Shown: positions 39,163-52,370, counted from the first letter of the whole stretch. The stretch is DNA of 59,157 bases, filler included, from Sluysia triapertura (GCA_046118255.1; 5 parts of 5 records of this genome joined end to end with filler, not necessarily neighbours in it); one strand, 5' to 3'. Made by a program: numbers and translations. The notes: generated from the letters alone by a model not told the origin.

Positions 39163-41589
39163 GTCAGTCCTTAGTTGAATATTCACATTTTATGTAAATA
39201 CGTATATCAAAAGATATTCAATCGGTACTCATGTCCTTTTTCCATTATTGGCTAAGATTAATATAAGTATCAATCTGTTTTCGAAACATTTAGTTTTTTA
39301 CGAACTTTGTCAGTCATCGAACACTTTTCTACACTTTTCAAGTGTGTCATATTAATCCATTGTGTTCCTATTTTTGGAACACATACTTTCTTCTTTCAAT
39401 GACTGCAACAGTAATCAGATCAGATCACACTCTCCACGAAAGTATTAAAAATTTCCGCAATTTTCTTTTAAATAATTGTAAACCTCATGTTGAAGCTAAT
39501 TCGAAACTCCAAGAACACATTCTCTTACACTTACACACCTTACAAAGTGCCTTGAAATATTCCACCAATATTAAATATTTCGTCATTATTTTAATTATTA
39601 AATTTGTTATTTTTCAATGAAATGGATAGATTCATTAGTAATAATTTCATTATTATCATTGTTACTACATTTTTTGTAAATATTTTAAAAGATATCAGGT
39701 CCAGAATGCATTTTAAAATTTTCCAAAAGAAGTTGAGCTATTATTGCAATAGAAGCTGAGATTTGGGGCCAAGCCTTTGAAAATAATTAAAGAAAACAAA
39801 AAATAGTTTGGAAGCGTATTATCGATCAAAATAAAATTGGTTTTACAAGAAGGTTATCGAGTGTCGCGTCTTTTATACTTTTATTTTAAATTATCAAACA
39901 TAACACAATATCTAAACAAATTCGGAATCTCAATATATTCATTAAAATATCACAATTATACAATGAAAATATGTAAGTGCAACTAATTATTCTTTTAATA
40001 ACAAAATGTCTCTTATTATCATCTTCCAAGTTATAAATCTCTAAATATTAAAAATCACTACCGGCGATGACACAAATTAAATAAAATCAATAATCTTTAA
40101 CGGCCATATTAACAACACTAAAAATAATAAATAAAAAACAAATTACAATTTTTAAAAACAATTTTTAGATTCCCCCCTAATACTTATTTTAGTCTACTGC
40201 TGAAGAATAAACCTCAATTTCCCTGTTGTCTACAAATGAATTGAGGCAGCATCCCTAAGGCTTAAAAGTCTTGAATTTTCTTTGTCTTTTTTAATATTTT
40301 TTCTTTAATATTTTAAGAAATAAAACTTTATAAAGGGTTATTTCTTCTTTTTTATCTTTTGTCTTGATTCATATATTTTATACGTTTATTTTGTTATTAC
40401 AATTGATCATAATACTTTATCTTAATTCTTCAATGATGTTTATTTCACTTCTACATGATGACTCATAACTCTTATGTTTCTCTTCATCCTTCACTAATTC
40501 CAACTCGAGTATTATCGAGAAGGTATCGAGTATTATGAATAATTAGGAGAATTATCAAGAATTGCAATATATGGTCAGTAATGGCAAATAACGATCAATG
40601 CGACCCTCGCAAATTAATTTGTGGTAATTGAAGTATTAGTAAAGCTACATTATGTCATACGTTAGTTAATTGTGCGTCGAGAAAATACAGAAAAGTAATA
40701 TTCATTGACATCAATTCCTGGTACACATATTTGAGGCTTAATAAATATTGATAAAGATGATATACTAAATGATGATAAATTGAAAAATTAAATAATGTCA
40801 AAGTTGCAGATATTTGTGTTGTAAATTTAGTTAGTTTTGAATTATCGATAGTCGATAATATCGATCGAAAAAAAATTCGAATAACCTTTTTTAAACTCAA
40901 TTTATGAATGTAATTTATTCGATTTTAATAGTCCGAATTGAATAATAAAAAATAAAATTTTAAATTGTCCAATTAAATTATTATCGTTTTTTAATTGATG
41001 AACAAATTCTTTCTAAAAATTGATCAATTAATTTGGTTTCTGGTATATAATGATTTCTTTTATTTATTTCCATATTAACTTACATAAATTGGTCAATAAC
41101 AGATGAGTAATTTGTGACATAATTTCATTCGCTGTACATTCTAGAGACAACATTGATCATTATATATTATTATACAATATTATTTTATTTTATACTATAT
41201 TACTAAGACAATTACAATGTATTACCCTCACTATTACTATTGCATATTCTAGAACAGAGAACAGAGAGCCCTCTGGAATTCGTACTAATAATATTCGTAC
41301 CAACCAATTGGAACTATACGAATGGAACGAAAATCTTGTCCGATAGAAAATATTTATTTAACTAATAACGACAATATGTAAATTTAAAAAATTCAACGTT
41401 TTATGAATAAATATTTAGTTTAAATGCATTATTAAATCCTTTTTTAAATGTTAATTTCTATCTTATAATTAAATATTGTTTCAGATGGCTATTATCATTT
41501 AACAGATATTATTTTGCGACTTGAAAAAGCTGACGTATTTGTTGGAATGAATGCGCCAACAAATAACTCCTGCGAGAAACTGGCAGCAA

Positions 41590-41670
41590 ATAATTGCAAA
41601 ATTCATTGTTGGAAATTTTGTCGTTGATGATGAAGAGAGAAGTGGGCGACCATTGGTTAAAAATGATGTT
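41590..41670 (+). mobile_element. Short mariner transposase fragment
   Basis: AKFIVGNFVVDDEERSGRP matches the mariner FxxGxFxLxDxxRSGRP linker. Confidence 0.65.
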
Positions 41671-42289
41671 TTGTTTATATTTCTCAATTTACGTGTTTCT
41701 TTAAATAAATATTATTTTCTATATGACAAGGCTTTCGTTCTTGTTGTTATTTTAAATATGCGATACCATTCCATTATTGTATTTTATTTAGAAGTTGCAA
41801 TTATTAAGAGAAAAATATTTGAAAATGTCCCAAAATGAGACATTGACCAATAAGGGATTAAGTATGTGTGCATGATGAAATTTTTAAAAAAATAAAAATA
41901 AATTCAAATAATTGTTTAAATGATAACAGCAAATTATTGAATTATATTGGTCATGTTCACTATTGTTCGTTTTGGCATGTATTTCAGACATTCAGTTTAA
42001 TGAAGTCTTTTATAAAGGAAGAAATGGATGCAATAGTAAATCTGGGTTTGTTGGTCAGCAGAATCAAACATACTAATTCAACGAATGAAAAATTAACTAT
42101 TATCCTATTGGACAAGGAATTATCACAATAATTTATTTATAAATTCTTCATCACTTTTTAATTTTGTTTATATAATTATGATTATATTTTGATTATAAAA
42201 TGAAAATAAAACAGGTTTGCAATTTTTATTTAAAATTTAGAATCATTTTTATTTAATATTATAATTTTATTATCTCTCCGACTTGACAT

Positions 42290-42880
42290 CTCTCAATACT
42301 GTCTTTATCTCTTATTTATAACTATATTATCAATCAAGTTAGCATACGTCCTTAAATTCAGGATTTATTCCACCTTTTAACTGATCGATTAGTCTTTTCT
42401 TTTTTATCATCAGATCTTTTAAGTGCATAAGCAAATTCATAAACTGTTTCATTTGGTTTTGGTTTTCTAATATTTACAACCTTTTTAGAATAATATTTTC
42501 CGATATCTTTGAGGGCAATTTTCAAAAGTATTCCAAGTTTGATTACTTCTGTGCAGATATGGATTGCTACTCGAGTTAAATATTTTTAAATTCTTTTAAT
42601 TTTCTTCTCTTCGTTGTAACCGTTAGCTTCAACTACGCTGCATATTCGAAAAGAAAATCTTTATCTGCTCCCTTAAATTTTTACATTCTTAGCAAATTGT
42701 GACTTACATTTATTAAAATCATTCATAAATTCTGATGAATTATTTCTGTTACACAACTTAAATGTATCAAATATATCAAACTAAAAACCAATAACAATAT
42801 TATATCAAATATAAAACTTAAAACAATATGTAAAAATATAAAGCTTAGCAAAATTTATCTCACAGTGAACTACCAAAATG
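42290..42880 (-). mobile_element. Ty3/Gypsy-like gag remnant with a possible primer-binding site
   Basis: Pieces KFKGADKDFLF, VEANGYNEEKKL, RKPKPNETVYEFAYALK and GGINPEFK. Upstream on the minus strand, ...CTTCA-TTT-TGGTAGTTCACTGTGAG (42859-42880) looks like an LTR end followed by a PBS. Confidence 0.6.
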
Positions 42881-43116
42881 AAGTATAACATTATAAAATG
42901 AACTAAGATCAAATTCAAACAATTTTAAAACTCGACTCAAATTAAGTTTTGAATTGCAGATCCAAGTAATACGTAAACGTAAACGTAATATCAAATCTTA
43001 TGTCAACTTAAACTTGTGGTAAACATAAGGCGTACATCGTATGATCTGTCAAGACTATTAAAATGTTTAAAATGTTTATAAGGTTAGAAAAACTTAGAGA
43101 TCAATTAAAATAATGA

Positions 43117-43260
43117 TGTTGAGGTACATGCCTAAAGTGCCACATAACTATGTTAGTATAATTGACGGGAATTATAGCTCAGTGGTCAGAGCATCGAACT
43201 GTACAGCTTGAAAAGCGAGAGATGCCGGGTTCGGTACCTGGTCAGGTCATTTTATGAAGT
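43117..43260 (+). mobile_element. tRNA-containing repeat family, copy B
   Basis: TGTTGAGG...CCTAAAGTGCCA...TAGCTCAGTGGTCAGAGC (A-box) ...CCGGGTTCGGTACCTGG (B-box) ...CATTTTATGAAGT. Confidence 0.85.
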
Positions 43261-45066
43261 CCAATAATAAAATAACAAGATCAAATGAGTGTCTTATTTA
43301 ACGAGCGCAGTTAATTTAATTAAAAAATCTTTGATAACAGAAAATTAGCGATCATGGAAAAAATTGACACTATTTTGCATTACGAAAAGTGGAATTTTCG
43401 TGAAGGTACAGTGTGGATTCACAAGTATTTTCAACAAGCGGATATAAGACATTAATATTCGTCTAATTTGATACAGTTAGTATTTTACTATGAAGTTTTT
43501 GTGCATATTCTTTAAAATATGCTTTAAATAACTTGTTACTATCAGTGTTACACTCATTTTGATAATTATTTAAAGTGTTAACTCTTTAAATAAATAAACA
43601 AATATTATAATTTCTGTCTATTTCACTGCGTAACAATTTGTAAATAATCGAGATTTCACTGAAAATTATATTCTCTGCAATTAAAAGGATAATTAAGTAA
43701 ACATTAATTAAAACAAATAATATTAATTAAAAATAAACAAATTGTTAAAATAACTCTATATAAATAGGAAGCATCTTAAAAAATAAACAAATTATAAAAT
43801 AAATAAAGAAAATTAAAAATTGAACAGGAAGTACATTAAATCAATTAAAAATACATTAAAGTGAATTTATTATTTTAATGAACAACGGATATTAAGAGAA
43901 GACTTTATAAAGAAGACTCATTCGTGCTGATTAGATTATTTACTTGTATCAACTTACATGACTATTTAGCATGTTATATACATCATTTAGATACAGAAAA
44001 CTAATTGTCATTAGAGGAGTCATTTAACGGAACGATATTTTTATTGTACGAGAGAATTCGTAACTTTTTGCTTGTTGGAATTTTCTCTATTTTAGGGTAG
44101 AGATAATTTTTAAACTTAAAATCAATAAACTATGCGACTGGTTTTCCACTAGCCATAATTAAAATCTAAATAAACGAGCAGTAACAATATTTTATTGTTA
44201 TAATTTCTTACTATTTTCATGTACTAATAGTAAGTATTATTATTATTTAGTTTATCAAAAGTTTTGTACATTGATTTTTCCATATTTGATCGATTTAAGT
44301 GCATTTTTGAGTTTGTTGGAACTAAGTGATGAATGCATATATTGAGTTTAATAATAAAAAAGATCCTCCCGAATTAACGCTTTCTTTTTAATATTCGTGC
44401 AGTATAAGCAGACCTATAATTTGATATTTTGCTACAAAGTTAAAGTTAATAAAATCGTAGCAATATTAATTATTCTAAGTTCGCGTTCATATTCTTAAAA
44501 AATCCTACAATAGTCGCGCATTTTCAAATCTCATTTTAAAGAGAAGTATAAAATCAAAGGGACTGCAAATTTAGTATTAAAATAAATTAAAATCTAGTAC
44601 CTTATTGGAATTCTCATTTTAAGCAGCAAGATAAAATCACCTGTAATGCACCTCATTTTAAATAGAGGTTTAAAATCAATTATTACATTAATTATTACTG
44701 AAACAAGAAATTGTTAAATTTAAAAAACATGAATCTATTGATATTTATGCATTAGTAAAAATTATTGCGTTACCAATCCTGTAGATAAGCCATTCTGTAA
44801 GTCTTGGATCGCAGGTGAACAACAACAAGTCAAAATGTAAATATCTCTTGTGAAGTAAATCCGCGTATCAAATAGAAACATAATGTAAAACAATGAAAAT
44901 TATTCGAAAATTTGCTTTATGTTAAGAAGAATGAATCCTGCTGAATTGTGCTCACTAATTAATAATAAAAATTAATTCATTTGTAAAAGTAGTTTAGAAA
45001 ATTAAATTAATAATTTAATTGATGGAATTAATAAAAGTAATTGTAGAAATGATAGTTGTGTCTGTT

Positions 45067-45195
45067 ACTTTAGATGAAAATGTTAGAATGACCGGGAATC
45101 GAACCCGGGACCTTTTGTCTCACACCTCCTGCAATTCGATGCTCTGGCCACTGAGCTATCATCCCCGTCTAACAATTTTGTTTTATTATAGTCAT
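45067..45195 (-). mobile_element. tRNA-containing repeat family, copy D (best-preserved tRNA-Cys-like pseudogene)
   Basis: Minus strand reads GGGATGA-TA-GCTC-AGTGGCCA-GAGC-A-TCGAA-TTGCAGG...AGGTC-CCGGG-TTCGATT-CCCGG-TCATTCT. The acceptor, D and T stems can pair. The anticodon arm is disrupted by about 9 extra nt. Confidence 0.85.
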
Positions 45196-46899
45196 TTCAA
45201 AACCTCTTTAATGGTATAAATATTAATGTTAGAGTAAACTTCAATTTGAAATTATAAAGTTCGATAAATGATTAATGATTTTATAAAATTTTTATAACTA
45301 CTGAAAATTTATTAATATCATTATCTACTCAAAATTTTAGCACTGAATACAATAATATTTTCAAAAGTAAATTGGTACAGTTATTAAAAATCAATATTTT
45401 CACAGACAAATTAATTTACGAAGCGAGTATCGCAATTTTGCAAGTGCAGAATTTTCAAGAACAACTTACAAGCAATAACAATAAATTTTTGGGAAGATGA
45501 CGGGTAATCGACGTATTTCAAATTCCATTCATAAAGATATCGTTAGTTTTTTTAATGTTAAGGTTTAGTCTATTTTAAGACAACTCAAAATCCTATTCGA
45601 TTCATTTGTAAACAATTATTTTAAATTTCAACGAGAAAATATTTAAAGAATTAGAAAGTCTTTAAAAGGTTAAGCTAGTCCTAAGTTAGTCATAAAGGTA
45701 CATTGATTGTTAAAACGATTGTAATCGATTATTAGTTATTGTATTTTTACGTTATTGCATGTACCTCAAAATACTGACTACTAAAGTTACTATAAACTTT
45801 AATTGGAATAATTTATTTGAATTAGATTTTAATCGACCTGTTTAAAATAGTCGCAAAGAAATAATTAAAAACATTATGTGGATTTTACGTACCTTGTTAA
45901 TTATTAAACTAACGTAATGTTAATGTGATAATATCCTCATTCAAATTTAGACTTAATATTAAAATGCTTTCTAATCATCTTTGAATTTATATCTGAATCT
46001 TTTCTAATTTTTCTTCAAATTTGTACCGATATACTTTCAATAAACACTTTTAATTAGATTTGATTTTGAAATTTCAATAACTAAAAAATTCGACTAAAAA
46101 GTTTAGTAATTTTAATTCAAAAATCTTACTCAACTTATATAGTATCAACTTACTTTCTGTTTTTCGATTTGAAAAATAATTAAAAATTCATAAATATTTC
46201 AAATGTATAAACAATTGATTTATTTTTCCGTTTTTTAAATAGTTTAAATTTTTTAAATAAATAAACTTTTAACATAAATATTTTGAACTTATTATTTAAT
46301 TTTAATTTTTAATAATTTTTATTAATGATTTCTTATTTTAGTAATTTAATACCCCCATTCTTCGTTAGTCTTCATCATAATTGATCATTCTTTATCTTAC
46401 ACTTTGTTATTTACGCGTTAAATAAAATGTGTTGATTAAGTATTTATCAGCAACTAACTTATACTTCAGCACTTTGCATTAAGAATATAGTCTTTGGCCT
46501 CCACTTCGTTAACAAAGGTATTCACAAATTATGTAAACTCCATTTAAATGACTTATTTTCTTTTGCTAGATGTTTCTTCAATCTTTAGAAAAATAATTAA
46601 CAAAAACGGGTTCGCCTGCAATATACCTAGAGAATTTAAAATGAAAGACTAAATATATTTATTGTTTCAGATGATTTTAAAGATGATCTTCTTAATTATT
46701 CAATCAATTCTTTATATTGATTTGCTTATTTAACTATTCTTTGTTTTAACTTACTCAAATTTATTAAACTAAACAAAATGAACAAATTCTAAAGTATATT
46801 ATGGTAACGTAAAGACAATATCAAATACAAAATTATGTAAACACGTATGAATTTTAGAATTTTAGTTTGTATTTTTAGTTTAAGTCTTAATAACAAAGA

Positions 46900-47740
46900 C
46901 GAACTCATAATGAAAATATTACTATTTAATGAACTCCGCAATAAGTGTAATTTTTCCAAGTAAATTAACTTGGCATTGATCCAATTTAATTCGTTTTGTG
47001 GTAATTGCTTGCCTCCAAAGTAAAGATTTTAAAATATTGTAATCCAAAAGCTACATGTAAAAAGTCGTTTGACGTAATTTTCTCATTTTCAATATTCCTT
47101 TCATTTTGTTTACCAAATAATTTATTTAATAATTTATAAATACCTTTAATATTTGAATTATTGCTTTCAACTGACTTATTAAAAAAATCAACATTTTCTT
47201 TTTAATAGCTTGGAATAGTATATTACGCGATTTTATGTATTCTTTCTTCGTTTCATCAGGTTTTTTGAATTCTCTATATCCTTTCTTTGCAGCGCTTTAT
47301 TCTTCGTAACTCACTAATCTCAGAATCAAACAATTAGAACTACATTTTAACAACATTTTTGCATGCATGTTTGTTTAAATAAAATGATAATGTTATATTG
47401 TATAAATTTCTCAATATATCTGCGTCGTCTGTAAAATTTATTATTTTTTCCAAATTTGATCAAGAAGTCTGTACTCAGTTCTTCAATATCTATTTTTGAT
47501 AAGTTTCTATATTCAATCTTTTTATATGATACACAATTTGTATTCTTAAATTCTACTTTGAAAGTGATAAATAATGATCAGATATATCTAAAAATTCATT
47601 CACTTCATTTACTTTACTATCAATATTGGTTATTAATAAATCTAATATATTCTACATTTAGGAGTTTAAATTTTACACGGTTCGTTAAATTGAATATATT
47701 TAGTAATTGGATGAATGCTTTACTTGTTCTACATTCTTCA
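46900..47740 (-). mobile_element. Decayed L2/CR1-group LINE ORF2, endonuclease-to-RT linker region
   Basis: SDHY..., KIEYRNLSKIDIEELSTDF, LNKHA, FDSEISELRRIKRCKER, KKEYIKSRN and KGIYKLLNKLFGK occur in the expected order. Confidence 0.7.
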
Positions 47741-47754
47741 TTCATTTTTATATT

Positions 47755-47854
47755 NNNNNNNNNNNNNNNNNNNNNNNNNNNNNNNNNNNNNNNNNNNNTT
47801 AATTAATTAANNNNNNNNNNNNNNNNNNNNNNNNNNNNNNNNNNNNNNNNNNNN
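47755..47854. other. Artificial contig linker
   Basis: N44-TTAATTAATTAA-N44. Confidence 0.98.
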
Positions 47855-48121
47855 GTTTAAATAAATTAATTCAAAATAATTCATCGGAAGACATTTTGGG
47901 AATAAATTTAGGTATAAATAGGTGAGTTTTTCAGTAATTTTACACAACAAATTTCAGAAGTAAATTTCGACGCACTATTTTGGTAACAAATTCTTAGCAA
48001 ATTCTTGAAGAAACTTTTTTCAATTCCATGATAAACAAGTACTTATTATTGTTATAGGTTTGCACGGTTTCACTTTAAGAAAGGAAACCTAAAATCCACG
48101 TAAACTCATTTTCATTTTAAT

Positions 48122-48456
48122 GCAACACCTTAATAAGGGTTGCGAAATATTCATCTAAAATAAAGAACTACCAATTAATAAAATTTTATTGTTATTATAA
48201 GTTATTTTCTTTGTAAGCACTAAATTTTGCATTATAATATACTTTAAGCTTTTTGTTATTAATCTAAAATCTTTTTAAGAAAACAACACTATAAAAAGGG
48301 TTGCGCAAATTCTAAAATCATAAAATTAGTTTTTCGAAGCAACACCATAAAAAGGTTGCGTAATTCTTAAAATCATAAAACTATTTTAAGCAACACCATA
48401 ACAAGGGTTGCGAAATCTTCAATAATTCTAGAAGGCAACACCATAAAAAGGGTTGC
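48122..48456. repeat. Array of five interspaced palindromic repeats, consensus GCAACACCATAAAAAGGGTTGC(GnAA)
   Basis: Copies at 48122-48143, 48283-48304, 48339-48359, 48390-48411 and 48435-48456, separated by 139, 34, 30 and 23 bp. Confidence 0.93.
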
Positions 48457-48756
48457 GCAATATATATAAAATAATTTTTTTAATTAATTGATTTGATTGT
48501 CCGTAAGTAAGGGCTTTAGGCTAAGCACAAATTAAGTAATTACATTAAATCCTAATAATACGTCTCCAATATTGGTGCAAAGCGTATATATTAGGTGAAC
48601 CGACTCATCAGATAATTTGCTGTGAATAAATTAAGTTTAAGTTAACACCAGCAAAAATGATAAAAGACACAACATGGTTAATAATTTTTAAAGATGCAAC
48701 ATAAAAAAATTAAAAAGAAAAAGACAAAAGTTAAATCACAATAAAATGTTGATATT

Positions 48757-48757
48757 G

Positions 48758-48822
<65 letters not shown>

Positions 48823-48824
48823 AT
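48757..48824. repeat. (GTATAT)n/(TA)n microsatellite
   Basis: A hexamer run that turns into TA dimers. Confidence 0.96.
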
Positions 48825-51300
48825 GGGTTTTGTGTTAGACAAAGTTTATAAAACTAATTTTTTAAAAGATTATTATATCAAATTATGAAAACAAAACGTG
48901 CATGCATACACAAATTAGAAGTGACCCTTAGCAACATTTATTTTTATTTTGTGGCTAATCAGCTGAAACAAAGATTGATTAATTATTTGCAATAAATATG
49001 AGGCCCCAAAAAAAAAGAAGTATTGATCCTTAATATTTTAATTAATAAAATTGAAAATTCATGAAAAGCTAAGATAAAAATGAATTTACTTTATTCAATG
49101 TTTATATAAATCAAAAGTGAAAAACACTTATTCTATGACATTTTTTAATTTTTCGGCCAAATTTCGGTTCCACAATTTGCAATTTTTTATACATGAGTAT
49201 AAGTTATTATGATTTATTTGCCATTTCTTTGGATATTTAATAAAAAAATTCATTTCAAAGATGTTCTGATTTATTGTTGAATCTACATGGTTTTCTAGTC
49301 ATTATGGGTTAGGAAAGATGAAGACGAATTTGAATATCTTAACTTTCTCATTAAAACACTAGCTCTTTATTTGAAATTTTTGATATCTCCGTTATCCTTT
49401 TTTAATAAAATTGATTGAAAGACACTGAAAATTCAAACTTTGTAACATTCACATTATCTCAAGACTTTTGACTTTTGCAAATAATTGCTGTTTATACTTA
49501 AGAAGTTCTGGTTTATGTGAAAAAAAATTAATTTTATTGTGATGTAGTTATTGTGCTAATCAATTTCTCTTATTATTTATATTTTGCATTGTGTAGGTCT
49601 GAGATTAGTCCTCAGGTTTAATTATAAAACATTGATTTTATTGATATTTTATAATACATTTAATAATCTAGTTTATTTTTGAAGAAGTGATGATGTTCCA
49701 AAATAATAAAACGCATATTTATATTCATTTTTAATTACAATTCATGCTTTGATTTTTGTACTACAATTCGGTTTTAATATTATTAAAACTATAATACTGT
49801 TTACTATTATTATAATATAATAAATGTTTGTTTTTTCAATTTAAATATACTTTTTAAAAATAAATTTTATTTTATAATAACATACTTATTATTTTAAATA
49901 GTACAATTATATCAAATTATAATTTAATTGAATTAAGAATTCATTTTGTTTGCTTACTTAAACACAACAGTACTATATTAGAAGTTTTTCTAATTATTTA
50001 GAAATATTGTACACATACAAACTGATGTGTAAGAATATATTTAATATATGATTAAATATTAAGTATATTTTGTGTTTATGAAAAAATAAAAGTTCTTAAG
50101 AATTTTTTACCAGTGCAAAGAATATGATAATATAATTTTAATACAACAGAGATTTGAAAGGTAATTGCAATCTTTATTAAAAATAAAATTTCAGGAATTT
50201 TTATAGGCTTAGTGCAAATATTATAAAAAATTTACTTTTTAGAAGCATCATTTAGCATACAAGAATTATCAACCTTGTGTGACAGAATAGTAATACAATG
50301 TACTTTGAGTGACTGTACTATCTCATCGTGGTTGAAAGAACGTAATTTCAAATCACTGTTTATCCATGTACAGAATAAAACAGAAGAACCAAGAAGCAAA
50401 GCTAACGCAAATGTAAAATAATAATAAACTTTATATAATTATAAAATAATAATAAAAATGTGACATTAAAAATAGTAATTGTAAAAATTTATTAAAATGA
50501 TAATAAATTTTCACATAAAATAGTAATAAATTGGATTTGCGTTAATAAAGTTTGTAATAATATATTGTTAGATTTGTTTATCTAACATATGAGTGCTTCA
50601 TAACTCTCATTATTATAAATAAATATGCACTGTAATATTGTCTGCACAATAATATCGCGACTCAAAAAATAACGAAGTGTTCAGATTTTAACCTTAAATA
50701 TCTAACAATTATAAATTTATTCTTATCGGGTTCGCCTATAATTTAAGATTTATTTCCAGCGGAAGACTTAATTATAGGTAATTAGATAATTTGCTACGTA
50801 AAGTATTCCTTAGTCTTTGGTTTTGGATAGAGGGCCTTCTAAGTTATATTTGCTGCTAAAACTTTTTTTTGAAATAAAACAACAAAAATTTAGTACTTGA
50901 TGTACTCTATGAATTTTTATTAAAATAAATAAACTTTTACAAAAAATGTTCGATATTCAGAGAAATAAATATGCCAATAAACAAATATATATAAAGAGAT
51001 ACGATGATTGAGTTAAATAGTATCAATAAAAGTTTAAGATATTATTAAGATTCCTCTTAATATTTTTATATCAAATTTTATAATGATTTTAACCCAGAGT
51101 TAATCTTTGGGTTTCAAAAATATTATATTTTTCGTGTATTTTAATACAGCTTATCACTGTATAAAACCTATCAAAAATAGCTTACAGTTATTCCAATAAT
51201 TCCGTTAAAAGTTTTAAACGATTTCTTCTTTTCCCAAGTAACGATTCTTCTTGAATAATCTTCACCAGTCAATAAATTTTCTATAAAATCGAATTCTGAA

Positions 51301-51392
51301 ACCAAGGTCGAAATCTTCTTTATAACCGAAATCGTAATCTTCTTTATAACCAAAATCAAAATCTTCTTTAAAACCAAAATCGAAATCTCCTC
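51301..51392. repeat. 24-bp minisatellite, about 4 copies
   Basis: ACCAAAATCGAAATCTTCTTTATA-like units starting at 51301, 51325, 51349 and 51373. Confidence 0.9.
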
Positions 51393-51674
51393 GAATAATT
51401 GTTGACCAGAAAGTTTCTCGAAATTTTCTCAACAAACGTAGTAGCTTATCAAAGACTTGTAAACAGAATTTTTGTTATGTTTCTATGTGGAATAACTGCA
51501 GGCTTTTATATTAATGTTTTAATCGATATAAATTAGATAATTTAAAATTATAAGATAATGTAGACATTAATTTTTTAATTTTTAGAAAAATTTTAAAAGA
51601 TTAATATTATTTTTATAGATAATTTATGCATTAATTAATTCAACATTTATTAATTGCTAATTAAAGATTTTAAG

Positions 51675-51765
51675 ATTAACTTTTTATCTATTTTTTTTCA
51701 ATTAACTAACTTTTTATCTATTTTTCAATTAATTAACTTTTTATCTATTTTTCAATTAATTAATT
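51675..51765. repeat. ~26-30 bp tandem repeat, 3 copies
   Basis: TAACTTTTTATCTATTTTT(TT)CAATTAA repeated three times. Confidence 0.88.
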
Positions 51766-51839
51766 TTGCACTTTTATTTAATTAGCATTATGATAATTTA
51801 ACAAATACATGAATTTACATTATATACATGAATTTTAAT

Positions 51840-52370
51840 ATCTACAGATGCTTATCAAGGTTTTAAGAATCTATTTTTAGACTTCATCTGATTTTATTTT
51901 TAAAGGTTTTATTAAGGTTCTAAATTGTTTAATAGAGTATAAATTAGTTTATAAGGAAGTTCTAGATGCTTTCACTGTCAACACTTTGATTCATTTTTAT
52001 ATCTCAATATGTTAATTTTTACTGTATCAAATTTACCTTAAATAATAGTAACATATTTTAAGAATTTTAACTCTCAATAAGGTTATAAAAAATCTTATTA
52101 AATGCTTATTAAAGTTCCAAAATTACTTAGAGGTCAATAAGATCTTTAACATTTTATTTCAAGGTTCTAAATGTTTTCCAAACCAATCACACGGTTTCAA
52201 GATATTCTTCATCTGTCAACATTGCTATAGATGTTTCACCTTCATAATTCTTACTCCAACAATACTTATAATGTTTAATCTATCACTTCGTATCAATTCT
52301 TCCTTCATTTTGTCTCTTATTCATCTCATGAATCATAGTTGACAATTCCAACAAATTTTGAATTGTGAGT
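51840..52370. repeat. Dispersed repeat family copy (see 38055-38330)
   Basis: Colinear similarity with 38150-38310 over about 150 bp. Confidence 0.7.

Noticed and set aside
48122-48456. Bona fide CRISPR array
   Set aside because: There are no cas genes, the context is eukaryotic, spacer lengths are irregular (139/34/30/23) and two spacers are related to each other.
48585-48625. Hammerhead ribozyme core (minus-strand CTGATGAGTC); also CTGATGA at ~15872 and ~38500
   Set aside because: No correctly placed GAAA and no closing stems.
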